From contig NC_058381.1 in NCBI RefSeq assembly GCF_018350175.1, forward strand, positions 42,780,001 through 42,844,000: DNA of 64,000 nucleotides, in the 5' to 3' direction. The stretch is from Felis catus. Taxonomy: Eukaryota. The notes under the pieces are model-generated. The model was not told the origin of the DNA. It worked only from the letters and a program-made list of their open reading frames with translations, and did not search any database. Position numbers and translations under genes: made by a program. Shown here in pieces: positions 13,701 through 25,449 of the stretch. Every line of letters starts with the position of its first letter. Positions within the stretch are counted from its first letter, which is position 1.

Positions 13701-16700
13701 AAGTTCTATGAGCAGGCTTTGCTGAGTATCCACAGATCCCCAGATCTGGTTCTGAAAGTTTCTGGAACATGAGCAACTTTAGGCAAACCACTAAAACAAC
13801 TCAGTATAGATCTGACCACCCAGAACCTTCACTGTGCTTCTCTTTCCCATTCAGAATATCTCCACTCGGGTGGTACAAAGGAGCAGCCCAGAGCAAAAAT
13901 GTTCCTCTTCTTGGAATAGGAAAATAACTGTTCTGGTTTAAACCTTCCTCCATTTCGGTCTGTCAGGCTAGAGTCCTCAAACATGGATTGTTTTATTTAT
14001 TTTTTAAATACTTTATTTTTAAATAATCTCCACACCCAATGTGGGGCTCAAACTCCCAACCCCAAGATCAAGAGTCACATGCGCCACTGACTGAGCCAGC
14101 CAGGTGCCCCCTTAAAGGTGGTTCAGGGTCAGGAAGCAAAGTAGATAGATCACTAGTTGGGAGACATGCCCTGTTGCCTGGTCTTGACTACTCACCAGTC
14201 GTGAGCCCTTGGGCAAGTCACAGAACCTTTTGGGCTCCATTTCCTCTTCTGTAAAAATGGGCTAAGAACCATTTGTTCCCGTTAGCTCAGATGAGGCAGC
14301 GAGGTAAACTGTGTTTTGATGAGTAGACCGGGAGAGCATAAATATTCATCTAACCAGGAAGGCTGGTGAGGGTTTGGTTCTAGAACCGAAAACCCTGTGC
14401 AGGGGAGTGGCCGTTTTATCAGGATTGGAATTCTAGGGGGTTGGGACTGGCCGCTTTCCTCATCCTGTCCTTGCCCCCACTGTAGTCAAAATGGAAGTTT
14501 TCTGTGTTTCAGGAAGTTTCGTCCTTTCCACCATCAGTTTAAATCCTTTCCTGAAATTTCTTTTCTGGGACCCAAAGATGCAAGCCCTTTTGAAGCCCCG
14601 ATGACCCTGGGCAGCTCGCATCATACCAGGTGGGTCTTTCTGGTCTGAGTACCAAGGGCTGGTTGCAGGCAAGGTCCTTCCCCTCCAGAGCCTGCTGGTC
14701 TGATTTGGGAATGGCCATGTGTTCGCTCCTTAGGCAAAGTCTATTCTGGGAACTTAGCCCAGACCCTAGGAGTCTTCATCCGTTTTACTTGGTGCTTTCC
14801 GTCCCTACTGAAGAATTTGACTTGTGTCCAGAGGGCAGTAGACTGGTTTCTAAAAGGTCTACAGACCATCTTTATCAGAGTCCCCTGGGGTCCCATTAAA
14901 AAGGCAGGTTCTCATACTCCACACCTACAGAATCACAGTCTCTGATGATGAATCCCCCAAAACTGCATTCCTGTGAGCTCCCAGGTGATTTTTATGCACA
15001 TCAGAGCTGGAGGCCTTTGGGGCTAAACATCAGGAATAACTAAGGGGCAAGGAATCTGGGGACCTACCGCATTGTGTGGCCCAGAGTGGTTCATAGGCTG
15101 TGGGTGTTCTTCCTCCGCAGATGTGTGAGAATGTGAACCTTCACTGAGCAGAGTGCAGCAGGGAGGACTACAGGGAGAGAGTGGCCCAGGGGCGGGGGCA
15201 GAAGGGGCGAGCTGGAGAAAATCTGTGGGAGGAAATGTTTAATATTTTTCATTTTTAAATTATTGTATTTTAGTTCCAAATTCAGCAGTTACAGAGGGTT
15301 TAAAATGAAAAGTCTGTATTCCACACCTGCCCTCTAATCTCCAGTGTGTGGGTCTGTGTCCAGACGTAGTTTATGTATCCTTTCTCTTATATAAAGAGTA
15401 GCATAACATTGGGCTGTTTCTAGCTTTTTCCACCTGATGTATTCTTTTTTTTTTTTTTTTAATGTTTATTTATTTTTGAGACAGAGACAGATCGTGAGTG
15501 GGGAAAGGGCAGAGAGAGAGGGAGACACAGAATCTGAAACAGGCTCCATGCTCTGAGTTGTCAGCACAGACCCCGACATGGAGCTCGAACTCACAAACCA
15601 TGAGATCATGACTTGAGCCAAAGTTGGATGCTTAACCAACTGAGCCACCCAGGCGCCCCCCACTGATGTACTCTAGATTAATTTCCTCTTGGTCCCTAGA
15701 AAGCATCCTCATTTTTTAATGATTTATTTTTTTTTAATTTATTTTTTTTAATATATATTTTGTAACATTTATTCATTTTCAAGACAGAGAGAGAGACAGA
15801 GCATAAGTGGGGGAGGTACCGAGAGAGAGGGAGACAATCTGTAGCAGACCTCAGGCCCTGAGCTGTCAGCACAGAGCCCAATGCAGGGCTCGAACTCACG
15901 GAGCACAAGATCATGACCTAACCTGAAGTCTGACGCTTAACCGACTGAGCCACCCAGGCACCCCAATGATTTATTTATTTTTGAGAGAGTCGGGGGGACA
16001 GAGGATCTGAAACCAACTCTGCTGCGCTGATAGCAGTGAGCCCAATGTGGGACTTGAACTTCAAGAACCGTGAGATCATGACCTGAGCTGAAGTCGGAGG
16101 CTCAACCAACTGAGCCACCCAGACGCCCCCCCACTGATGTACACTAGATTAATTTCCTATTGGTCCCTAGAAAGCATCCTCATTCTCTTCAGTGGCTTCA
16201 GTGTCTTCCATTGTGTGGTCTTACAGTATTTTATTTAACCAATCTCTTACTGATGGATGCTTAGATTATTTCCAGGCTTTTGCTATTATAAATAATGCTA
16301 TAGTGAATAGTCTTACGCAGAGTGAATTTGTAGAATAAATTCCTAAAAGCGGAGGTGCTGGGGCAAAGGGTACCTGCATTTATAATGTTGATAAATGCAG
16401 CCAAATTGCTCTTCGTGGGGGTGATGCCAGTGTGTGCTCTCACGCCCTGGCCCTGAGCCCATCTCCCCTCTTGCCTTGGCTGGTACAGTGAGCTGTCCGA
16501 TGTCCTGACCTCTGCCAGTCTGATAGTTTAAAAACTGTATCTTAGTGTAATTTTCATTTTCATTTTTCTCATTATGAATGAGGTTAAGTAGGTTCATATG
16601 TTTGATCGTTTGACTCTTTTCATATGAACCTTCTTTATATCTTTTGCCCATTTTTCTTTTCGGTTATTGATCACTTTTCTTATTGATTTGTAAAGAGCCC

Positions 16701-19235
16701 TTCATGTATTAGGGAAATGAGCCCTATTAGTTATAAATACACCTCCCCCTCCCCCAGTTTGTGATTTATCTTTTATTTACATTTTCTGCCATGCATACAT
16801 TTTTTTTAGATTGCATGTAGTTGAATTTATCAGCTTTTTCCCATGTTTCCTACATTTTGCATCATGCTTAGAAAGTCCTCAGAGGGCTGTTTTGGACTTG
16901 GTTGAGCTTGCTTATACAGCCAAGCAGCCATTAGAAAGATGGGCCTGAAATTCAGATGAGAAGACACATTTGAGAAAGAGATTGGAAAGTCCTCAACGAA
17001 GGTGGCATCCGTGCAAGGAACAAGCCAGCGTGAGGGAGGAAGCCACCTGAAGCAGGGGAAGGGGACATTCGGGGTAGAGGAGGTTGGGGGCAGTATGGTG
17101 CCCTCACTACCACTGAGGCCCTTTGATTCTACAGGTCAGATGAGCGTGAGTTTGAGTGTCAGGCTGGAACTGCCCTAGGAGGCCTTTTTGCTGCCCCTGG
17201 CACACGCCCTCACCTATGGTTTGAGATGCGTGGGCAGGGACCGGACAGGGTCCCCTCTGAGAGGTCTCGCCTTCCTCGTTGCCTGGATGGGAGGTGCAAA
17301 GTGTAGGCAGGTCTGCCTGACTGTTCTGGTCCTTCCCTCCAAGGGCCCCAACAGTGACTGCTTTCCCCCACCCCCACCCAATGCTTTCCCCCAGAGAACC
17401 CAAGGACCGAGAGCCAAGCCGGCGATTGGCCACCCGCACCCCACCCAGGAGAAGGAAGGGCTTCTGTGAGTGCTGTCAAGAGGCCTTTGAAGAGCTCCAC
17501 GCGGTGAGCCCTCCCTGCCAAGCAGCTGCTCCCAGGCTGCTCTGACCGCACTTTTCCTACCCGCCTCCACCCCACTCGCATCTCACCCTGGCCTTGACTA
17601 ATGCCCTGTGCCCCTCTCACCCCGGGCAGCATCTCCAGAGCGCCCAGCACCGGGGCTTTGCCCTAGAAGCCCACCCGTATGCAGAAGTCGATCGGGTCAT
17701 TGCCCAGCTCGGCCACAGCTTTGCTGACACCCTCTCGCAGGCCAGCCTCCCCAGGTGAGCACCCTGAGCGGCCCTGCTGGCATGGTGGGCACTGCCGTGT
17801 CCTCACCGTCCTGCTGCTGCCCACTCCAGAGGGGAAGGAGCCAAACAGGACCAGGGATTGGTGGCGGTTGGAAGCCCTCCATTTGTGGCTTCAGCTGATG
17901 GGGACTGGGCCAGATCAGCACATGGCTCCCATCCTGATGCATAGCCATCGCCTTGGTTGTGTGGGTAGGGAGGGCAGCTCAGCAGTGGCTGCTCCTGGCA
18001 TGTGCCTACTGATGTCCCTGTGTGGCCTTCTAAAAGTAGCAAGGGGGATTCCTGGGTTCCTCCCAGACAGGTAAGATGCAGTATCTTTCAGCCTCTCTGT
18101 AAGTTACCCCCAGAAAGGATTGCAGGGGGATCTCCAGCCCAGCTTTCTCTGCTGCCACCAGCTTGCTGTGGCTTCTTTCCTCTTGACCCAAGTCTTCACC
18201 TCCCCAGGCTCAGCTTGGAGAGCCAGGCTCTGTGCTGCATTCTCCAGCCACCAAAGGGCACAGCCTCTGCTGTGGAATTATTAAATGGAACAGCCTCTAA
18301 CCTGTTCCTCTGGCCAGCCCTGACCACAGGCCACAGAGCCAAAAGAGACGCAGACAGCACTGGCCACTACTGCAGGGGCAGCCCGAGAGCAAGCCTCTCA
18401 CAGAGCCCCAGAGTAGGCTGCTCTCTTCATGCCAAAACTGAGAAGGGTAGTGCCATGCATGCCCCACCCACACCCTGCCCTCAGCCCTGACCCGGAAAGA
18501 TCCCAACTTGCCACCTGCTCTGGAGTTGAGCCCTGAGGCCCAATGTTTCTGTCCCACAGGCAGCCAGGCTCCCCGTGTTCAGATCGTGACCTGCTGTGTC
18601 CTGAGACTCCGCCTCCTAGCCAGCCCTGCCATCCCAGGGCAGCATCTCCCAGGATGAAAGAGGAAGACGAGCATCAGGCCCCAGGCACTCCAGAGCAGGA
18701 TGGGACGGTGGGCAGCATGAAGGCAACCGATGAACCTGTGGGGGCTGGTGAGATGCTGGGACCAGTAGCAAGCTGCCAGGAGCTGGGAGGGTCAGTTGAT
18801 GTCATTGCAGACCCCCCAGAGACACCAGTGTCCAGGAGCCCTGCACACCAGAGCCTCTTGACAAGCTCTGGTTCTACAGAACTCTCTGGCTCGGATGTCG
18901 CACTTTTTGGCCACAAGCGGAAGATACGGCTCCCCGGTGGCAATCCTGAAAAGAGGTCAGGGGTCTCCCGGCCACAGGCCTCATTCTTTGTTCCAAGAGC
19001 CACCAGCCCTTGTGGCGCCAGGACAGCCAGTGGCGGGCACCCCCTCTTCCTTCCCCCTCCTGATTGTGAGCACAGGCCTCTGGCCCCTCTCCTCCCCTGG
19101 TGCCACCCACAGACCTGCCTCCCCCTCCCCACAGATGGGCCAGCGGAGTGCTGGGCCACACAGCCCCCTTGGCCAGGGGAGGACAGCCCCCTGGGATCTG
19201 AGGATTCTGAGTGTGCCGCCCCTGGCCCTGGCTGA
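1351..19235 (+). CDS. DBF4B: DBF4B (DRF1/ASKL1), CDC7 kinase activator; 5'-partial spliced CDS of 11 exons
   Basis: Exons 1351-1505, 4716-4901, 5519-5569, 6337-6424, 8713-8789, 10453-10486, 11933-11978, 14513-14629, 17395-17503, 17630-17754 and 18560-19235 join in phase (1664 nt). They encode Dbf4 motif N (PFSGKSFYLDL...LGGVIEGFLSKEVSYIVS), motif M (LKAPFLKIEDESRKFRPF) and the motif C zinc finger (KGFCECCQEAFEELHAHLQSAQH). The gene lies next to ADAM11 as in human. Confidence 0.95.
1640..1856 (-). mobile_element. CAN-SINE
   Basis: T-rich tail, (GA)n tract and reverse tRNA-like head ending ggtgcccc. Confidence 0.88.
2645..3130. mobile_element. Probable MLT1/MaLR LTR remnant
   Basis: Resembles the recalled MLT1 pattern (aaaccaccccagaact..gcttaaaacaa; cagctgcat..ggctgga); boundaries approximate. 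Confidence 0.5.
3270..3830 (-). mobile_element. Old LINE-1 (L1M) 3' fragment
   Basis: Antisense L1 3'-end motifs (ttcacttagcgtaat..ggctcatccatgttgtagc; ttggctattataaataatgctg). Confidence 0.75.
3933..4118 (+). mobile_element. MER63-like hAT MITE
   Basis: Terminal inverted repeats tagtggtgtgctgg ... cgccactg; the interior resembles recalled MER63A. Confidence 0.65.
4716..4901 (+). CDS. DBF4B: DBF4B coding exon (probable exon 4)
   Basis: ttcag|VIEGFLSKEVSYIVSSRREVKAE...QKPTDS|gtaaga. Confidence 0.92.
5519..5569 (+). CDS. DBF4B: DBF4B coding exon (probable exon 5)
   Basis: tcag|VPLSRGKELLQKAIRNQ|gtgagc. Confidence 0.92.
6337..6424 (+). CDS. DBF4B: DBF4B coding exon (probable exon 6)
   Basis: cccag|GSNSGGGGRSSSSLLTSARSWGVRILHVD|gtaccg. 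Confidence 0.9.
6847..7071 (+). mobile_element. CAN-SINE (SINEC_Fc-like)
   Basis: ggggcgcctgggtggctcagtcggtt head, (CT)n, A tail; TSD agaag(c/t)gaggggtgtg. Confidence 0.92.
7298..7525 (+). mobile_element. CAN-SINE (SINEC_Fc-like)
   Basis: Full-length with TSD aaacttttttcat (7285-7297 / 7526-7538); follows an older short SINE at about 7135-7285. Confidence 0.92.
7613..8118. mobile_element. Plus-strand CAN-SINE with a minus-strand CAN-SINE (7883-8090) nested in its tail
   Basis: The inner element is flanked by duplicated aataaataaactt. Confidence 0.88.
8713..8789 (+). CDS. DBF4B: DBF4B coding exon (probable exon 7)
   Basis: cacag|(E)MMMHVQQLSLDALRVKKQGPKKKPE|gtaagt. Confidence 0.9.
10453..10486 (+). 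CDS. DBF4B: DBF4B 34-nt coding exon (probable exon 8)
   Basis: tttag|GTRPAESRTRK|gtcagt; phases match the neighbouring exons. Confidence 0.85.
11933..11978 (+). CDS. DBF4B: DBF4B coding exon (probable exon 9), motif M, GC donor
   Basis: ttccag|(V)ARLKAPFLKIEDES(R)|gcaagt. Confidence 0.88.
12825..12970 (-). mobile_element. CAN-SINE lacking its 3' tail
   Basis: Reverse head and body present; (CT)n and A tail missing. Confidence 0.85.
13990..14110 (-). mobile_element. Short CAN-SINE
   Basis: T tail plus reverse tRNA-like head ending ggtgcccc. Confidence 0.8.
14513..14629 (+). CDS. DBF4B: DBF4B coding exon (probable exon 10), motif M
   Basis: ttcag|KFRPFHHQFKSFPEISFLGPKDASPFEAPMTLGSSHHT(R)|gtgggt. 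Confidence 0.92.
15445..16130 (-). mobile_element. Cluster of three minus-strand CAN-SINEs within an old L1 fragment
   Basis: SINEs at 15445-15659, 15730-15964 (nested, TSD aatgatttattt) and 15714-16130. L1-like sequence continues to about 16880. Confidence 0.88.
17395..17503 (+). CDS. DBF4B: DBF4B coding exon (probable exon 11), first half of motif C
   Basis: cccag|EPKDREPSRRLATRTPPRRRKGFCECCQEAFEELHA|gtgagc. Confidence 0.92.
17630..17754 (+). CDS. DBF4B: DBF4B coding exon (probable exon 12), second half of motif C
   Basis: gcag|HLQSAQHRGFALEAHPYAEVDRVIAQLGHSFADTLSQASLP(R)|gtgagc. Confidence 0.92.
18560..19235 (+). CDS. DBF4B: DBF4B probable terminal coding exon, Pro/Ser-rich tail
   Basis: cacag acceptor ending 18559; open frame QPGSPCSDRDLLCPET...ECAAPGPG to TGA at 19233-19235. 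The 3' boundary is less certain than the 5' one. Confidence 0.75.
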
Positions 19236-20619
19236 CCAGCTCCCTAACTGCCCTGTGGCTCCAGGCCAGCTGTCAGCCCACCTGCACTCAGCAGCTGACG
19301 TGCAGCCTTCAGGAAGACCCGCAGAGAGCCCGTCTACCTCTGTCCCCTGCTCTCAGCCAGCGGGGGAGCCAGCTGCTCCCAATGGTTCTGGGCCTCCCAG
19401 CCTCCCTGTCTCAGCCCTAGCCCAGTGCCAGCAGAGAACTGATACCATGAGTCTCCTGGGGCATGCAGTAGCTCTCTACTTGAGGGCCAGATACACAGAA
19501 GTTATACTCTGCTGAGTGCTGCACAGCCAGCAGGGGCCAGACCAAGCACAAGGAGGACAGCACCTCAGGGCCTCCCCACCAGAGCCAGAAGAGCCGCTGG
19601 CCTGGCCTTTGAAGTCCAAGAGAACAGCAGTTGTCATGGCCAAGCTCTGTAGGCTTGACAGAGCCAGTCCTCCCACTCACTGAGTCTTAGGTTAGGACCA
19701 AGAGAGTCTGGGCTGGGGGCTGCCCTCTACCCCTTCCTCCAGCCAGCTCCCTGACCAGGCAGCAATCTGATGGGCTTGCTCATCCCTGCCAGCTGCCCAC
19801 ACCAGGAGGCAGAGGCAAGGTTGGCATAGGGAGGGACCACAAAGGATCTAGAACGGCAGGAGCCCTGGCCTGGCTTCCTGTCCCTCTGAAGGCACTTGCC
19901 TCTTGCAGAGCCGAGTTTTGGTGTTCCCCACCCCCACCCCAGCCTCCTTTCCCAGGAGCATGTGGCTCTCCTGCTTTCTGAAATGCCTGTTTGTCCCCTC
20001 CCCCAGCCCCCCACGCTCATGCACACAGATCCTCAGGAACATACGAAGCAGAGGAGGGGCTGGGCTGCAGCACCTCCAGAGCTCCCTCGCCCCCTTGCAT
20101 TTAGTGGGAGCCTGGCGCTGAAATGACCTTTCTCCTGAGCCCAGGATATGGCCAGAGCCCCCTCTGGGGACCCCTCTGCTCTTCCCTGGCTGCCCTCTGC
20201 CATTTCTGCTGTTCCAGGGTCGGGATTCACCTGCCAACTTCTGCATCACCCTCTTCTCTCCCTCCTTCCCCAAGGACCTCCCCCCATTTCTTTCAGCCAA
20301 GCCATTAATCTGGAGACGAGATGGGTTTGCTATTGATTCTTTGGCCACTTTTTTTTTTTTTTTTTTTACATTTTGTGCTGTGGTTCTTCTCACCCTTCTC
20401 TGCGTCTGTGTGTTTGTTTCTTTAAATGTTGAAGCTACAAGAAGCCTGGTGCTATTCTGTGTCTCATTTTGGAGGAAGAAAGGGGGGCCTCGCTGTGGGT
20501 GAGGACCTGAGTTGTTAGTTTGGAAATAGAGCAACTGTGTGTACAACCCTCATAGAGGTCATGTTTGGCCTTTTTATGCCATTCCTGTTAAATTTCACAA
20601 TTAATCTTGGTTCAGGAAC

Positions 20620-20629
20620 TGTAAATAAA
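20620..20629 (+). terminator. Probable DBF4B polyadenylation signal
   Basis: AATAAA at 20624-20629, overlapped by TGTAAATA, in an AT-rich patch about 1.4 kb after the stop. Confidence 0.55.
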
Positions 20630-23600
20630 TTTGTTAATAACAAATAGCAAAGGGATAGGGCTGGAATGCAGTGTGTCAGGCCTTGATGTGCCCTCCAGTG
20701 ACCCAAAGCAGGACTCAAGCCCAGCAGATGTGGACAGAGTAAGTGGATGGCCAGATAGGAGCCCCCTGCAAGTGGGAGAGCGTATGTCACAGCCCCTGAG
20801 GGCCGAGGGGAGGTCAGGTGGCATCTATCCAGTCTCTGGTCACTCATTTGGCTCTGCTGCTAAAGGGGGCCCCAGGAGACCTGAGGCTGGACAGATGGGT
20901 GCTGCCCTCAGTGGCTCCTTGGCGTGGGGACTATTCAAACCCCTTCCACTCCTCCGCAGATGACCTTGACTCAGACTCCACAGGCATTGCTTCTCCTTGC
21001 TCCTGATCCCCTTTCCACATCCAACTCCTACAAAGGAAGCAGTGTCCTTCCTTCCTGTCACTGTCCCTGCTCTCCAGTCCACCCAGCCAGCCTCATCAAA
21101 TTCCTTTTCTTGGGTTTGCCATCTCTTCCCTCTGCCCTAAAACTCCATCCTGGAAAACACTTGCATTGATTCAGCAGGCTCCCCCCACTGTTCTCCAGCT
21201 CCTTCCTGCGGTCTACAGCCACTGCCTCCATGTCTGCACCTTCTTGCCCTTCCAAACCCGCGGAGGCTCTGCCTGAAGCGCTCCACTGGGCTTGTCCCTT
21301 CCAAGGTCACCGCATAACCTGATAATTCTCAAAGGCAGATTCACTTTCTCCTTTTCCACCTTGAAACCTGGCTCCCCTGCTCGACCCCACTCTAGCCTGG
21401 TCCTCCCCTCCCCCAGCCTCTGCCCTCTTGTACCAGCCTCATTCAGCACAGACCTCAAATGTCTGCCCTGAGTCAGCTCCTAGAGCCCTAACCAGCCCTC
21501 TAACACCCCTGCTTCCCCAACCTGGGCCTGGGGGACCTTTGTCCTCACCTCTGCACACCTTCACAGATGTGACCTGGGTGGAGAAAGCTCCACCCAGACT
21601 CCTTTTCTGAATTCTACTCTCCACCTGTGCAAGGTGGGAAGGCAGGGAATCTAGCCACACCCTGACTCGGTGTGTCTTTGGGAGGTCCCTTTACTAATCT
21701 GGGCCTCCGTTTCCTCATCTTTCAGTGAGGGGCTTAGATGACATGACCTTCAAAAGTCCTTTCCAATAATAAAATGCCCTGATGGCCACCGGCTCCCTTA
21801 GATCCCTCTGTCCTTGCCACCACCACAGACCTACTTACCCAAAGACTTGTTCCTCCTTCTGAGACCAGCTCCCCTTCCCCCTTTGTCCTGCGCCTCTCCT
21901 GGTGCCCTCTACCTCAGCTTCTCCCATCAGGCTGAGGTCCTCCTGGTCACTCTCCCTGATGCCCATCCTCTCCTTACAGCCACCCTATCTCCCTGGTCTC
22001 TGACACCTCCTGTCCCCAGACCAGCCAGGCTGGTCCCTTGTCTGGCCACCGTGGGCACTCCGGCCCTGAGGCTGCTCTCTGACACTGACCTGGAATCCCC
22101 CTCGACAACAGCAAGGATGCCCTATGATTCAAGGTCCAGATTCCATACTCTGAGAATCCTATAGTGTAAGTCACACAGGCCTGAGTTCACTTCCCAGTCC
22201 TTCCCTTAACTCTGACCTGGGGCAAGGCTTCTGAGATGCTGTTTTCTTAAGCAGAAAAACAGAGATAATGGTAGTTTCTGCCTTACTAGGAAGTCACAAG
22301 GATTAAATCTGGTTATGATGTTCTAAACATTCAACAAACTAACTTTTTATCCTCCCCTCCCCTCTGCAACATGTACCTGTGAGGCCTCTCTTTTGGACCT
22401 TTCAACAGAGCTCATTTTCACTAATCTCCCACCTCATGACCTATGGCCCTATCTCCTTGTGTACTTGTGGGTGAAGCTGCTAAGGGGTTCTGTGAGACGC
22501 CCTGTCCCCAGGCCCGCCCCCACTTTTCCAACAACTGGTTCTCCACAACCCGAGAAATCCCATGTGAGGGGGAGAAAGGGGAGTGGGGTATATGCCACAC
22601 CCCCCAACCCCGGCATATTGGGCCCTCGGGAGCATGACTATATTTGTGCCCTACACACCTCTCAAAGGATGGATGCCCCTGGGACCCCAGGCTCCTCCAG
22701 TTCCTCCCTGAGCTTGAGATTGCAGGAAGGGTTCTCAAGGACAACTGAGAGGGAGGAAGGAGCACTAGACTTCCCTCGGGAAAGATCTCATCAGGTGAGG
22801 AGAGTGGTTCTTTCCCAGTGGGAAGGACAGGGCACTGGGCTGGGATCTGGGAGGAAGCAGAAGGACTTTCTGGTCCTGATGGTCTGGGCGTTTTCTCTGC
22901 TCCCCACCCCTCAGCATCCTGTCAAAGGCAGTCTCTCCATGTGCAGGGTAGAGGGCCCCAAGACCCCAAGCCACAAAGGAGTCCCTTGGGTCTAGGACAA
23001 GGGCCAGGAAGCTGTTTTTCTCCATGGCACCTTCAGGGCCACATGGATGGTGTGAGCCCAGATCGAGGGAGCATTTCTGTACACCAGGTGCTGCTCTGAG
23101 GATTTGACGCCAGCCACTCATTTACCCCCTGCAACACTGTCGCGAAGGGGCATTCTAACCCCCATTTCACAGATGAGGAAACCGGCTTGGGGAGGCCGGG
23201 AGACCTGCTCAAGGTCACATAGCCCTTAACCAGGACTGGGACATCAGCTGGTTGCCTGAAGCCCTAAGTCCTGCTCTTCACGTGGCCCCACCCTGCCCTT
23301 GCCTGGCGTGGCCTCTGTAGCAGGCCTCGAAGCCTGGGCATGGGGCCTGGATAGACTCCGTTGGCAGGAATTCCCACCCACCATGTCTTCCAGGATAGAG
23401 TTTTTGGGCAGAGGGAAGGAGAGGGGCCAAGGGCAGCAGACACCCCTCCCTTACCTGCAGCTGCTGGGACTACAGCTTGGCCCCTGTGCAGGAAAATTTG
23501 AGGGAAGAACTGGCTGGAGGGCAGGACTTCAGGGAAGGAGGCCCCAGGCCTCTCGGTGGTAAGGGCTCCTGAAGGAGGGCTGGGGGTGGGGACCAGAGCC

Positions 23601-25449
23601 CAACAGCTCCCTCAGCAAGAGTGAACCAGAGGGTGGCCATCGAGACAGAATAGTGACCACCAGTCTCTGATTTCCAGAGTCCCGTCCTCCTCCTGGAGCA
23701 AACAAGCAATGGGCAGAAGGGACCAAAGTAGCCCTCCATAGCTGTGTACTGGGGTAAGGATTCTCCCAGGAAGCCCCTGGTGTGAAGAGATGCTACCTCC
23801 ACAGCTCTTGACCTCAGGAGAGAAGGTGGGTGAGAGAAACAGGCAGGCTCCTGTGTGGGAGAGGTGTGAAGCTTGTAGCAGAAGCAACACAGGAGTCACA
23901 GGAGCGGGAAGGCGGGACCTCAGCCTCGAGAGTGAGGTGCGCTCAAGGGAGGGTCAAGATACCAGCTGAGCCTGCTTGAAGCGGCCCACCCAGGGAGAAA
24001 AGGGGGCTGTTGGGGGCCATGGGGCCATATGATTGAGCTACCATGGGAGCTGGCTCAGAATGCCACCAGAGAAGAGCCAGTTTGGGGGCCAGGAAGAACT
24101 CTCAACAGGAACCTCAAGGAACCAGAGCCACAGAAAATGGTAGCAATGTGCCTCGACCAGGCCCAGGCCACAGACTGAGCATGCTGTGTGGTCTTGGTCA
24201 TGCTGGGGGAGGGGATCCAGACTCCCCCAGGCCCAGTGCCCTCCACTGTGCAATGACAAACCCCACCTATTCTTCTGGGAGGCACACAAGATTGGGGCTC
24301 ACTGATGTGGCCCCTGGAACTGGTGGGACAAGACAAACACTGGTGCCTGGAGGAGTCAGAGAGTGGAAGGTGGGATAAATGGCCACTCACTGCCAGCTCT
24401 TGGACTTTGGGAAGCTCACATGGGTACCTCTTTCTTGGAGTCTCGGGTTTCCCACCTGTGAAACGAAAACACTCTCTCCTTCCTGACTGAGTTCCTAAGG
24501 AATATCACATAGTAGGTCCTCATTCCTGGGAGCCCCTACACCCTGAAAGAGGTTTCCAAGATGTCTCCAGAGTGAAGGACCAATCGGCTCAGCCTTGCCG
24601 AGTATCTGGGTCTGGAGTGGCAGGTGGTTGTTGGGGGTAGTCACCCCGTTCCCAGCATTGATGTCAGCACGTCCCAGGAAATTGCCTTCTCACCTCTCCT
24701 GGGCCTAAAATAGAGCTGGGGGGGGGGGTGCAGTCAGGAGCCAGAAACAGCTCCCCCATCCCAGGCAGAGGCCCTGGGTCCCTAGGGAAGCAGAGGACCC
24801 AGGAAGGGATTCCTTGCCTCCACTCCACTCTGCAGTTACCTGTGGCCTCCCAGTGTAGGTTTGAGGATGCTCTGGTCTTGAGCACAAGGTCATGGTGGGA
24901 CCTCACCAGCAGTGCCCGAGCCCTACCACACCCCCATCCATCTCAGGTCTCAGGCTCTTGAGATCCCTAGCTGAAATCAGAGATCCCAGCTCCCCAGTAT
25001 GGGTGGGGGTCCATCTTACCCAGCAGCCCAAGAGCACTAGGGGGCTCAGTGGGAGAAAAGGTTGGAAGGTCAGGTAGGTTTACAGACAGGGTAACCTTGT
25101 CTGGCCAAAGAGTGGAAGACAGAGGGTGGGTGTTTCCAGAGGTGTCTTCTCCTCAAAGATTTGGGCTGGCAAGGGAGGGGCAGGAATGAGGTATGCTAAC
25201 AGCATGTAAATGACCTGGCTATTTTATATATTTAGGGGATAGAATTGGGGTATCCTGTGTGAGGGATTCAGGAGCCCAGAGTTAGTAGACCAGCCCTTGC
25301 TGGTGGCTCTGGTGACTGCAATCCCCAAAGCCCTCCTGGAGGCAGGAGCATCTTTGGCCTGGAAAAGGAGTCAGCAGGATGGAAAGGGGTCTGGACCCAG
25401 GGTGTGGGACGACTCTGCAGTGACCTGCTCTCCTGTGGGTGGGTGAGAG

